Shown in pieces: positions 50,737-62,132 of a stretch of 64,000 bases of DNA. The notes below the pieces were generated by a model. The model was not told the origin of the DNA, ran no database searches, and worked only from the letters and a program-made list of their open reading frames with translations. Origin of the DNA: Thalia democratica (taxonomy: Eukaryota); assembly GCA_965202585.1 (NCBI GenBank), contig CBDBBG010000089.1, forward strand, positions 1-64,000, written 5' to 3'. Position 1 is the first letter of the stretch; every line of letters begins with the position of its first letter. The position numbers were made by a program, and so were the translations under genes.

Positions 50737-51220
50737 TTACTTTTCACCTTTGTAACTAAAATTCATTCTTCTCTCCTTTTGGATGATAAATTTCTCCATC
50801 ACCTCTTCTTTGAAACTAGTACAGTTTTTAAGTAAGTCCCTACCAATCGAAATTACACTCAAAGAATTTAATCTTGACTGACCCATGATGTTTCTCAAAA
50901 ATGTTTTTATCCTTTTCAAAGATGAAAATGTTCTTTCAGCGTCTACACTAGTCATGGGAATAGTTATCAAAGTTCTAAGAAGCTTTGTAGTTTCGTTAAA
51001 TATTTTAGTCAGGTTATGTTCTTCAAAATATAACAGTATTTTCACTAAATAATCCTGATGCATGTGAATAAAATGTTTTCAGTTCTCTTTCTAACTGTTT
51101 ACATTCAACTACAGGATAACACTTCTTCACTGTTTCTATAAGTTCTAAAAGAAAACAGGATTTATAAACAGTAAAATATTTTGCCAACAATAACGGTGAA
51201 GTTCTTAAATTGTTCTAACT
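50737..51220 (-). pseudogene. hAT transposase C-terminal dimerisation domain remnant (ZMYM1-like)
   Basis: LLRTLITIPMTSVDAERTFSSLKRIKTFLRNIMGQSRLNSLSVISI...KERRMNF; the upstream frameshifted segment reads ELIETVKKCYPVVECKQLERELKTFYSH. Confidence 0.9.
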
Positions 51221-51273
51221 ATACAGAGTAAACTAATAAATAATTTCAATATTGAAAAAAAAAAATATAAAAG

Positions 51274-51444
51274 CAAGGTTGCCACTCTTTGAGTCAAAAT
51301 AAACTGTCCTGAGTGACCTTAAAATGCCCTGAGTCACCATGTGTTTTTGAGAAAAATTCAAAATACCCTGAGTTTCCCTGAGAATTTTTAGAACTTAAAA
51401 CATCATTAAGTTTCACTGAGTACCCTGAGTGTGTGGCAATCCTG
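51274..51444. mobile_element. Small MITE with repeated internal cctgag motifs, nested in the inner hAT
   Basis: caaggttgccac ... gtggcaatcctg; related degenerate pieces at ~44416-44590 and ~52735-52920. Confidence 0.6.
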
Positions 51445-54344
51445 AATATAGCTAAAAAAAAGATTAAAATAATTTCAAAAACAAAGAGTTTCATTTTATC
51501 AATAATTTTAAGGACATGAAGATTTTTTTTTAAATATATTTTTACTATCAAGTTTGAAAACAACTTAACTTTTGCTACACCTGAATATAAGCTTTGCTTT
51601 TAAGGAAATAGGGAGGATGAAACACTTTCTTCACAATTTGATCTTATTTTATGAAGTTTTTACTAAGCTACAAGATGCTTTTTACAGATTTAAAAAATTC
51701 AAAATACTTTTTTATATATAGCCGGTCAAAGTCGAAGGCAACAAAAGGTTCCTTACAGGTGGCACAAACTAAAACAGCGTTTAAAAAAAGTGTTTTACCC
51801 CCCTTTTATGCCCTTAACATATACTTTAGAATTATTTTACTGAACTTATTTTATACAGTTTTAATTTAACTGCATGGCTTATTTTATCAATATAAAAAAT
51901 CATATTAATTTTTAAGATACAATGGTAATTCACAGTCAGAGATACAAAAGAGTCCTTAAAAATATAATATAAACTCAAACAACAAATAAATCAAATCACT
52001 AAAATCATATCTTTTTTATAAGTTGGCCTCAAAATCTTTAGATGTTTCTTTTATAAAATAAAACAATTTGCTAAAATAGATATTTAAAAAACTAAGAAAA
52101 AAAAGTTATAACGAAAGTAATATTTTTTGTATATATAAAAATATATATTGATAGTTAAAAATTTAAAACTTCTCTTCAACAAAAGTATAAAATTTTATAA
52201 AGATTAGGATGAAAAAGTTTGATAAAAATTGCTTTAAAAATGATGGAGAATATAGGTTTTTAGTAAAATTGTATTTTTTTGCTGTTTTAGTTTGCTCCTT
52301 GTATAATAAATCAATGTAATTTCTGGCCTGACCGGTTGTATCTAAAAGTTTAATTGGAAGTAAGTTTATTAAAGAGTAACTATTAGCTTTCTGAAAAACT
52401 TAGAATAAGAACAACATGTAGAAAAGTGCCTATACACCCTCCCCCTTACCCGTCACTATTTTGCACAATTTTTTTCAACAAATTTTAAGATTTTTATTAA
52501 CTTTTTTTCTAAACTTAATGTTTTTTGTTGGAGGTTAAAAATTCAATACTTTTTTAAGGGTATCTTTTCTGTATTTAAATTTAATTTATTTTTCATTTTG
52601 ATGACAGTATTTTTCTCAAGAGCTCAACTTTTTAAAGTTTAGTTGGTGAGGCTGTCGAACTTTTCAAGAAATTTAAAGATAATTAATAAATATGTAACCA
52701 TTATAACAGTAAAAAACTGGTTAGTTAGTTTTCATGTGGCCATAGGGGTAAAACACTTATATTTTAACTTAAAATATGCTTGTTATTTTCAGAGTAAAAA
52801 ACTAAAACTGCTTTAGTCAGCCTGAATATTTTCTAATTTGGTCAGTTTCAATTTATCTTAGGTCATCTTGAGTTTTTTTAACATTTTTAAGTTATCCTGA
52901 TTATAAGGCAAGGCAACCATGTTTCAACAACTTTATCTAAAATTTTTGCTTTGTTTATGAAAAAACTAAACCAAAAGTCAAATAAAGTAGACTAAAATGT
53001 TAAACTACTCTAAGTAATTAAAGTTTCTTGGGGGGTCAGACCAATATTTTAAGTTTAGGCTATTTACTTTATCTAAATATGTGACTGTTTCAATAATTAT
53101 ACTTTTTATTTAATATAAATCTAATTTATTTTCCTGTAAGAGTAAACTAGAAGTTTATAATAAACTGCTTAACATTTTTTTAAGAACTCAAGCTTTGCAT
53201 TTAAATATAATTTAATTAAATATTTTATTAACTTTATGATTACGATAATCAGTTATAGTTAAGTTTATGTATGCAGATTAAAATAAAAAATCAAATTTCT
53301 TAGATTTTGGTTATTTAAGTTTCTTATCTTTTTTTTTTCAAAATATTTAATTTATGACAAGTTTAAATTTAAAAAATTATGTAAGTACATAAACTCAAGT
53401 TTAATTCTTTGCAGTAGCTTAGCTTTGTTTTTATTTTATGTTTACAATAGCTTGTAGATGATACTTAAGCATGTCCTGTTTTAGGGAATTTTCAACTTAG
53501 CTTACTTACCTCAAGATATTGATTTTGCGGTAATTCTTGAAGAAAATTTGCTTTTTTGAGTTCATTTGCGGCAGTCAGCTAAGAGTTTGCAGCAGTGAAG
53601 TGGGCAAAATGGTCGTTTTCTAAATTGGAGTTTTAAAAGAGATTTCGTTCTAAAAAATAACTAAAATATTATAGATACTTAATTTTTTCCTAACAAAATT
53701 TCCAGGTGGTGCAGTTGCGGCAGTGCAACACCCCACGCGACGCCCCTGGTGGGAACTAAAGCATCTTAGTAAAAAGTTTCCTAGAAAGAAAATGCTACTT
53801 TAAAACTTTTACCTATTATGACGTCACAATTGAAAATTTATTTATAATCTATTTCAGCTGGGCAAAATAGAGCATTTTTTGTTAAGGAAACTTTTTAATC
53901 TTTCAGTGTTATAAATTCAACATTCGTTATTAAAAGTTTATCAAAGAACCAAAAGAAAGTCAATAAACAACGTTTTTAGTGTTATTCTAAGATTTTTTTT
54001 TCTTTTTTCTTTTCTTTTTTTTTCAGGGGGTTTACAAGAAACAGGAAACCAATCAAAACACGCCCCTGACTGAGACTAAAACTTTTTGTTTAAATTTCAA
54101 CCTCTAGTGTTTTTAGAGTCATTTTTACATTAAGTTTACTTGAATAAAGAAATAGAAGTTACAAAAAAGGTTTATTAAACGTATATTAGCCTAACAAAAA
54201 CTAATTTCATTTGAGATTAAAAAAAATATATTTAAGTTGGTGCATGTAATAATTTAATACTTTACGCTATCTTTCTTGATAAGTAAATAGTTAACATAGT
54301 ACAAATAACCTGTAACTAAGATTATACAATTTAACATTTATTAG

Positions 54345-55756
54345 GTAAAACAAAGATAGAAGAAATTGAACTAGCAGTAGCTCTAAATCGCAATAAGTTG
54401 ATACTGAGTGAAGGTGAAAGTTTAAAAATTTCGGATTTTATAAAAGAAAAAGTGAACAAAGACAATGTTCTGACATTTCATAGTTTAGGAAAGCTTTACA
54501 AACTACCCACTACTTTTAAGTCATCCTTGCTTTGTATAGAACGTTGTTTTCCAATGGTAGTTGAAACTCAAAACTTTTTGTATTTAGATTTTAGTATTGT
54601 TGCAAATATACTTGATAGTTCTGAATTAAATATTCACTCAGAAATTGAAATATTTAATGCAGTTATTGCTTGGTTGGAACACAACAGTGAAGAACGTATC
54701 AAATATGCAAAACAGTTGTTACTAAAATTCCGTTATAGATTATTATCAGAAGATGCTTTAAAACACATATTTAATTGTAATTCAATTTTTACTAAAAACC
54801 ATGAGTGTATTAAAACATTAAAAAAAGTAGTACTGAACCAGAAAAATTTTTATTCGGCAAAAACAGATAAAATCTACACAAGTAGGTATTGTAGCCAAAA
54901 AAAGTTTAACCTATTATTATATGGTTTCAGCCCTGATGTGTATGGACCTGTAACATATGTACATCAATTTAATGGAAACACATTGAAGTGTTTGAAAGAT
55001 GTTTCTTTAAATACAATTGCGAGAAGAAATTTTGAAGTTGTTTGTACGAAAGGAGAGGTTTACATGTTTGGTGGTCGTAATAACAGTGGTGCTGGACGTT
55101 TATCAATGTCTGTTGTAAAATTGTCACCTCCTACTAATACATGGAATGTAGTAGCTAAAATGTGCGATGAACGTGAATTCTTTTGTGCTTGTGCATTTAT
55201 GGATAAAATATTTATTTTGGGGGCTTTTTACTATAAAAACAATAAGGTAACTAGTTCCTGTTTTCAATTTGATATAAGACAAGACTCTTTTGAAGAAGTT
55301 TCTAGAATGCGTCAACGAAGAATGCATGCAGCATGTGCAGTGTTTCAAGGAAATATTGTTGTTTCTGGTGGAATGAATTATAGTAATAATTTTGGTTTGG
55401 AATCAGTAGAATCATATGATGTAATTTCCAACAAGTGGTCACCAATGCCTAATACGACAAATTTGTACTTTAATCACAACTTAGTTGTGGTAAAAGATAA
55501 ATTGTTTGTTATTGGATATGATCGAAACACTTGTGAAGTTTTTGACAATGTTTCTAAGAATTTTGTTTCTCTTAAGCCTCCACCCAGTATTTGTTTAAAT
55601 AAATCTGTGGCAATAGGTAACAAAATCGTAGTTTTTCAAGAAAAAAGACTTTCAATAATGTGTTACGATGTTAATAAAGATGAATGGAATGAAGAACCAT
55701 GTGAAATAACGAAAAATCTTTATTATTTGTCTTGTGTGAAGTTTCCTTTGTATTAA
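54345..55756 (+). CDS. BACK + Kelch protein (KLHL-like), large terminal exon; N-terminus in upstream exon(s)
   Basis: BACK: ERCFPMVVETQNFLYLDFSIVANILDSSELNIHSEIEIFNAVIAWLEHNSEER. Kelch: GEVYMFGG, NIVVSGG, VESYDVISNKWSPMP. The frame is open upstream of the track TTG to an acceptor tttattag|GT at 54344/54345; no ATG near the start. Confidence 0.88.
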
Positions 55757-57208
55757 TTTATTGTGTAAATATAAACCACTTAGTTTTGTTTAAAGCCAAA
55801 TATTAAATTGATAGATTAGAAATAATTGTTTATGTATTGATGAAAACATTTTTAAAAGTAATTTCATTGTTGATTACAATAAACTGTAGTATTATTTATT
55901 ATCTGATAAGCATTTATAATAAAACACTAAACTCTATTAAAACTTTTATTGTAGTCATTGTCGAAACAAACAAAATCTAGTTCAGATTTTTGATAATAAA
56001 CGTATTTGATATATGGCAAAATAGTTGTAACTAGTTTTAAAAAGTATAGTTAAAGTTAACTTCTACAAATGTTTTATCACTGAAATATAAAAGCAGGAAA
56101 AATAAATAAGTATGAACAAAATTAAAATAAGTTTAGATAAGATTTAAATAAACTCCAACCGATTAGTTTAAGATTACTTAATTACTTAAAGCTTAATCTT
56201 ACATTGTGTAATAAGCAATTAAAAATAATAAAAACTGTTTTTATTGAAACTTAGAATCAAATCTAGTGAAATGATTGAAAAAACGAACTTTGTTGGTTGA
56301 TAATAACTCTTGTAAAAACAAGCATTAAACCACTTATATTTATTTTGTTATAAAGTATCGGCTAAGCATCTATATAAATTAACTATTTTAGGTATTTTTC
56401 TGTTAAAACATCCGAGCATTAAAAAATGGATTTGCATCTAGGAAGTTGAAATTAAAAAGGTTAATCTTTTTTTTTTTTTTACAAAATTTTAGTTTATTGA
56501 TGAATTTAATTGCGCTTAGCATAATTTTCTTTAATATGGATTAGAACATGAAAAATCAAGTTCAATTCTGAAGAAGAACACATGTACTTCATAAATGAAT
56601 AAAGTCCTTGATTAAAAATGCTTAACAAGCTTTCAAACAGATGTTCGAAGTTATTTCTCTGTACTTAATTTATAATAAGCATTTAAATAAAGAAAAAAAA
56701 CGTCTTTTGTTATCTATAAATTTAACTAAAATAATTATAACCTTCAGTTTTACAAACACAATTGTTTAATGTTCTCCTACACAAAAAAGTTTTTTAAACT
56801 TTTTTATATTAGCATTTTAAGCATATAACAAAATGTACATACACAAGAAAACACAACGTTTTAAAATTGCATTTTTTCACCGTTGATTAAAGAGAAAAGA
56901 TCTTCAGTTTGTTTGTTGTGATATTATCTAAAACATAAGTTAAAGTATACATGACATTAAGAGAAAACGTTACGGATTGTTACGTCACTCAATAAATCAT
57001 TAAAAAATAAAAGACACACTAATGTTCAAAATCATTTAAAATAAAAGCTTGAAATTTTTTTACAAAACTAAATCATTTCGTTAATTTAAAGCTAGATTTA
57101 AGCTTAACTTTGAGATGTCGTGTTTTTCCTTATTGCAAAGAGTACGGCCATGTATTGTTAGAAAAACGTTTTAAACTGTGTTAGAAACATGTTTTTAGCT
57201 ATATTGTA

Positions 57209-57308
57209 NNNNNNNNNNNNNNNNNNNNNNNNNNNNNNNNNNNNNNNNNNNNNNNNNNNNNNNNNNNNNNNNNNNNNNNNNNNNNNNNNNNNNNNNNNNN
57301 NNNNNNNN
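57209..57308. other. Assembly gap (100 N)
   Basis: Run of exactly 100 n, probably a placeholder of unknown true size. Confidence 0.99.
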
Positions 57309-60300
57309 ATAACACCGATTTCATCTTAATACTATTTTAAACAGAAAGTTATTTAGGTTTAACCAACTTTTTTTAACACAGACAATTTTTCAAGTTTTAA
57401 TTCTTACAGTTCAGTTTTGACAATGTTATTTCAACTAAATTAATATAAATATATATCATCATCAACAAAAATTTATTAAAATTATTTTGAATTTTGTTAA
57501 ATATAAATGTTGACCACTTTGTTTGTATGTTAGAAGGTTTAACTCAAAGAGATTTCAAAACTATCATTCGAACCCTTAAATATCAGACCACACATTACTT
57601 AAAGTTATTTTAATTTTGAAACTTAAAATTACTGTTAAACCAATATTTATTCAAGTAATATTCCATATTTTATAAATTAAATTACTTAAAACAAGTAATT
57701 TTTTTAACAAAAGATATCTTAAGGCAAACAAAATTATAAGTAAAATTTTTACAGAAAACTTGAAAGGACAGTATTTATAGTAAAATGTTCAAGTTTTCAA
57801 TATATAAAATTTAGTTTATAACCATTTACTATAGTTTTAATTATTTAATAATACTATTTTTTAAGTAAAAGGCTAAACATAATATCAAGTTATCATAAAC
57901 TAAATGCTATAACATAATAGTAGAAATTGAATTCGTTTTCTAAAAAATTTTATTAAAAACTTCTACAAAAAAAGAATAAATTGTGCTACCCCACTAAGAA
58001 AGTCTAGACACGCCCCTGATGCTGGCATAAGTATTGCAGTTTTTGAAGTTTTTTAATATATGTTTTAATTAGTTTGATACAAAAGTCTAAGTTGGCCACT
58101 TTAATATTGTGCAACTAATTTGATACTATTATGATACTCATGGTAATTTCAAAAAAAAAAAATTTACTTACATATTTAAAACCTAACAACTTTAACTTTT
58201 AAATCATAATTGGAATTTAAATAGCTTTATAACTTTTAAGTTTACCTGATTAACTAAATTACATAAAACTAAAAACTTATTTTATTTTATTCAAAACATA
58301 TAAAAAATGTTTTTAATATACCTTTCTTTTAGAAAAGCATATTAAATTAGCAGAAAATTAACACAACTTGTTTTAGATAAGATACTTAAAAAAAATTATA
58401 GTGTTTTTGTAAACAATGATTTCAGAATTGTTGAAGATATACTTGTTAAAAATTTTCATTGAGTAGAATATTTTAATTTTTTATACTAACTAAGCAAGGG
58501 CAAGAAGTATTAATTAATTTATACAAAATGATATTCAACATTTATACATAAAAGTCAATGCATATATATGTATATATATATATATATATATAATGTTACA
58601 TAAATTATTTAACGTACCGTGTTTAAATGTTTAACTATGTCAGATAAAATTAGTATATATTTTTGAAGGAATATTTTAAGATTACATATTTAAAATAAAA
58701 TTATGCTATCAACTTACTAAACAAATTTAAGTTGTTATTACTTTTATTAACATAAAACTTCTATAAATCTCTTCCTAATAAATATATTATTATTATATAG
58801 ATAATTTATAGTAAAAGTAACTATGAATTTAATTTAAACTGTTTTTATATGATATATTTTATGAGTCGCACTATGATATAAGTTTGTATGAGTTACATTT
58901 ACATTTACAACTAACAGTAACAACTTTCTTATCTTATTTAATGTAAGTATTAATAAAAAAAAAAAGCAAACTTAATAACCAAATCATTAGCAGGATTGCA
59001 AAAAAAAAAAAAAGAAACTCTCAACATTGATACTTGATAAACTTTGCTTGTTTTAGATTATTACTTCTGTCTATAATAATTTGTATTAGTGAAATGCAAT
59101 CTTGACCGTATTCATGTTTTTAAATACTGGAAGATATGGCCTATTTGCAAGAAAACTAAGTATCAAATGAGCAAGCTATCTTTTATCGTTTAATAAATAA
59201 TTAAATATAAAAATTCACACAAAATTTGCTGGACAAATTCCATTTAAAAATAGACTACGCAAGTAAAACTAAAATACATTTCTATACTAATATAAAAAAT
59301 TAATCTTATAACTTGTTTAGAACGTAATAAAAGTGTTATTAAAATAATTTAAATGCTATTAAGATAGAACGCAGTGAAGCAAGTTGAAATAACGAGTTTA
59401 TTAAATTGAAGTAAGCCATCGCTGTGGTAAAGTACTTGGATTAATATGACCAGTTTATAGCATGGTTTACAAAAAAAAATTTTTCATAAGACCCGCTTTG
59501 AAAAACAAAAAAGCTATGACCCCCTTTAACACAATTTTTCAAAAAACTACCCTAAAACGTGTTAGCCTTTTTCCTTATTTATCATCAACTATAGAATATC
59601 TAGTCTTTCAAGTTATGGTTTCATGTCCCCTTTTAAAGCCCCTTTACTACTCACACCTCTTTCCCATTAGCTCCTTTGCAGGTCAACTTTTGGAAACCCA
59701 AGTTTATAGTTTATTATACTTAATCAAAACTTAGAAATTAGAACAACATTTCTTATGGTAAAATGAGTGTGGAAAATGTGTTATGTTACTGTTACTAATG
59801 AGACTTGTTTAGTAACTATAAAAAGTTAGATTTTAAATCATACTTGCTAATAAATTGGTTTAATGTTAAGCTAAAGTTTTATATAGTTTTTCTACCAGTA
59901 AGTTATATAACTTAAAGACCAAAAAAGTGATGTTTGAATTCCTAAATCATTATAGTTCATTTATTACGAAGGTTTATTCAAGAAAACATTTAACTTGCTT
60001 AAATTCTTAATTTACTAAGTTAAAAAGATTGAATTCAACTAAATCAAAGTGTTGCAATCAACTTTTTTTGTTTGCAAAATACCTTTAAAAAGTTAATTTT
60101 ATCATAAAATCGAGTTTTTATTAGATTAATGATTATTGATTCTTTTTTGAAACTTTTGTTCTTAATATCAAGTACTTAAATCATTTTGACTGAAATTATT
60201 TTTTGAACGTATTTAGTTTACGGCTGGTTTTTTTGACATATTAGGAATTTATTCACTAAAATTTTACATTTAGCAAAGATATTACAACTTTCAAATAATT

Positions 60301-61421
60301 AGTCTAACATTGTTTATTTAAAGTATTATTAGCTATAGAAAGAAACATTTTCTGGGTAATTAGTGAACTTTAGAATTTAGTTAAACTTAAGCAAATTTTG
60401 TTAGTTATGAATAAATGTTATCATAAAGTTATTATTCAAGTTAACTTTATTGTTATGTGTACATTATCTATTAAAATTTGACTTTAAAATTTCTGTCCTT
60501 TAAAAACTTCAATAAACCATGTTTTGTCTTTGGATTCAAATAAAGTTTGTATTTAAAACTATAATATAAATATTTTTCAAGTATTCAACTTATAAAAGTT
60601 AGTTGTCTGTACTGTAATATAATTTTATACATAAATATTATTTTTATAATCAGTGCTTTTATTCTAACCAAACTTACCCAAAACGAGCATGACGTTGTGA
60701 ATATTTTTTCACACAAATGTTTAAAGTATTAATTTATATTTGTTACATGTTTTAAGTATCGTGTTATAAAGGTTGTACACCTTAATAACTTACGAAACAA
60801 AAACAATCATCATCTATTACAAAAAATATAATGCATACTAAGATATACTGCTTTTTTATTTTAGTCATTACGTTTTATTACATCATAAATTGAACTTTTG
60901 CGGTAAATTTTATACATTTTTTACAAACTTTAGTAATATTAAAATTAGTTATAATAATTAATCTGTTTAGGTATTATTATTTTTTTGTAAAGTTAAAGTC
61001 AATTGAGCTAAAATGAGTACTAAAATATATACTTTTATTCAGCAGTTACAAATTTTGTAAAAATATTCTGTCAAGGTTTTAAACTTTAAAACTGAATATA
61101 AAAATAACCAAAAAAAGCAACCTCATGAAGAAAAACATTTTTTTAACAAGATCTACGTCTTTTTTTATTGATAAACTATTTTTGATTAATATAACTTATA
61201 TAAATCAAAAGTTTATAATAAAAAAACTTTATAATCAAAACTTTGTTGGAATAAATGTTCTTTTTAGTAAAATTGTTGATATTTAAAAAGCAAAAAAAAA
61301 GCTTTAGTTATAAAGTTTTGCTAAAATATAATCTTAAAGCGTAACTTTTTTTATAGATGTTACAATTGTAAAAGTATCTTTCTGTTTTTGTAGGTTTAAA
61401 CATTTTCTTATGGGTTTGTAT

Positions 61422-61429
61422 TATAAATA
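61422..61429 (+). promoter_or_regulatory. Possible TATA box of the RING gene
   Basis: TATAAATA about 47 bp upstream of AAAAATG; weak evidence in such AT-rich DNA. Confidence 0.25.
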
Positions 61430-61475
61430 AAACATTAATAACAGAAAATATTTTATAACAATACAAAGATAAAAA

Positions 61476-62132
61476 ATGTCATATAAATCAATCCTAATCA
61501 TTAGAACTAGTTTAAACAGTTCAAGTATACGCTTAGAAACTAATATAGTCAAAGATGACGGCTTGGCTTGTTTCAAAAATACTAGTTGGTACATGTCTGA
61601 TGAAGAAACCATTTTCATAGAACAAGAATATGACTTTGACTTCCTACATAGTTTCGGCTTGGAACACATGAAACAGGAAATAATCAGAGTTATCAATCAG
61701 TTGAGAGAAAACAATCGAAACAACATTCATCAATCGGTTGAAATTCCCGTGACGTCAAGAGAACTTTCCGAACCACACAGATCGTGCAAAATGAATCAAA
61801 ACGAAGCAACAGGGGAAAATCAAGTTTGCCAGTCTGAGCTACAACAAAAGTTGTCAGCTCTCGACGAAGAAAGTGAGTTGTTAAAACCATTTAACGAAAA
61901 CAAATGCTCAGTTTGCCTGAGTAGCTACAAAGAGATTCTTGATGACAAATTTCATGTAGTCGTTCCATCTTGCGGACACCCTTTGTGTTGTAGCTGTGCT
62001 GATAGAATTTTAGGTAATGCAAAGAAAAAGTGTCCACAGTGCAGGGAAATCATTAAACTTGAATCTTTTAATCCAATGAAATTTAATAGAGATTTAGGGA
62101 TAGACACACAAGATCAAAAGCTATTCTTATAG
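61476..62132 (+). CDS. Intronless C3HC4 RING-finger protein, 218 aa, unrecognised N-terminal domain
   Basis: AAAAATG start; RING C-x2-C-x18-C-x1-H-x2-C-x2-C-x11-C-x2-C (CSVCLSSYKEILDDKFHVVVPSCGHPLCCSCADRILGNAKKKCPQC); AATAAA at ~62203. Confidence 0.9.
   Translation: MSYKSILIIRTSLNSSSIRLETNIVKDDGLACFKNTSWYMSDEETIFIEQEYDFDFLHSFGLEHMKQEIIRVINQLRENNRNNIHQSVEIPVTSRELSEPHRSCKMNQNEATGENQVCQSELQQKLSALDEESELLKPFNENKCSVCLSSYKEILDDKFHVVVPSCGHPLCCSCADRILGNAKKKCPQCREIIKLESFNPMKFNRDLGIDTQDQKLFL

Larger units (their letters stand above)
49272..53748 (-). mobile_element. Inner hAT transposon (4477 bp) with a transposase remnant
   Basis: TIRs cagtggcgtcgcgtgg / ccacgcgacgcccctg; TSD gttggaac / gtgggaac (7/8). 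Confidence 0.88.
48038..54068. mobile_element. Outer non-autonomous hAT element carrying nested insertions
   Basis: TIRs caggggcgtgt / acacgcccctg; perfect 8-bp TSD actgagac at 48030-48037 and 54069-54076. Confidence 0.9.

Noticed and set aside
48038-58018. Giant hAT element capturing the BACK-Kelch gene (a matching TIR gtctagacacgcccctg ends at 58018)
   Set aside because: The flank after 58018 (atgctggc) does not match actgagac, whereas the end at 54068 does exactly. The 58018 end is a solo or separate element whose partner may lie in the gap.
5635-62132. Endogenous large DNA virus (intron-poor RING and Kelch genes recall poxvirus/baculovirus repertoires)
   Set aside because: No capsid, polymerase, packaging ATPase or other viral core genes; low gene density, spliceosomal introns and abundant host TEs.
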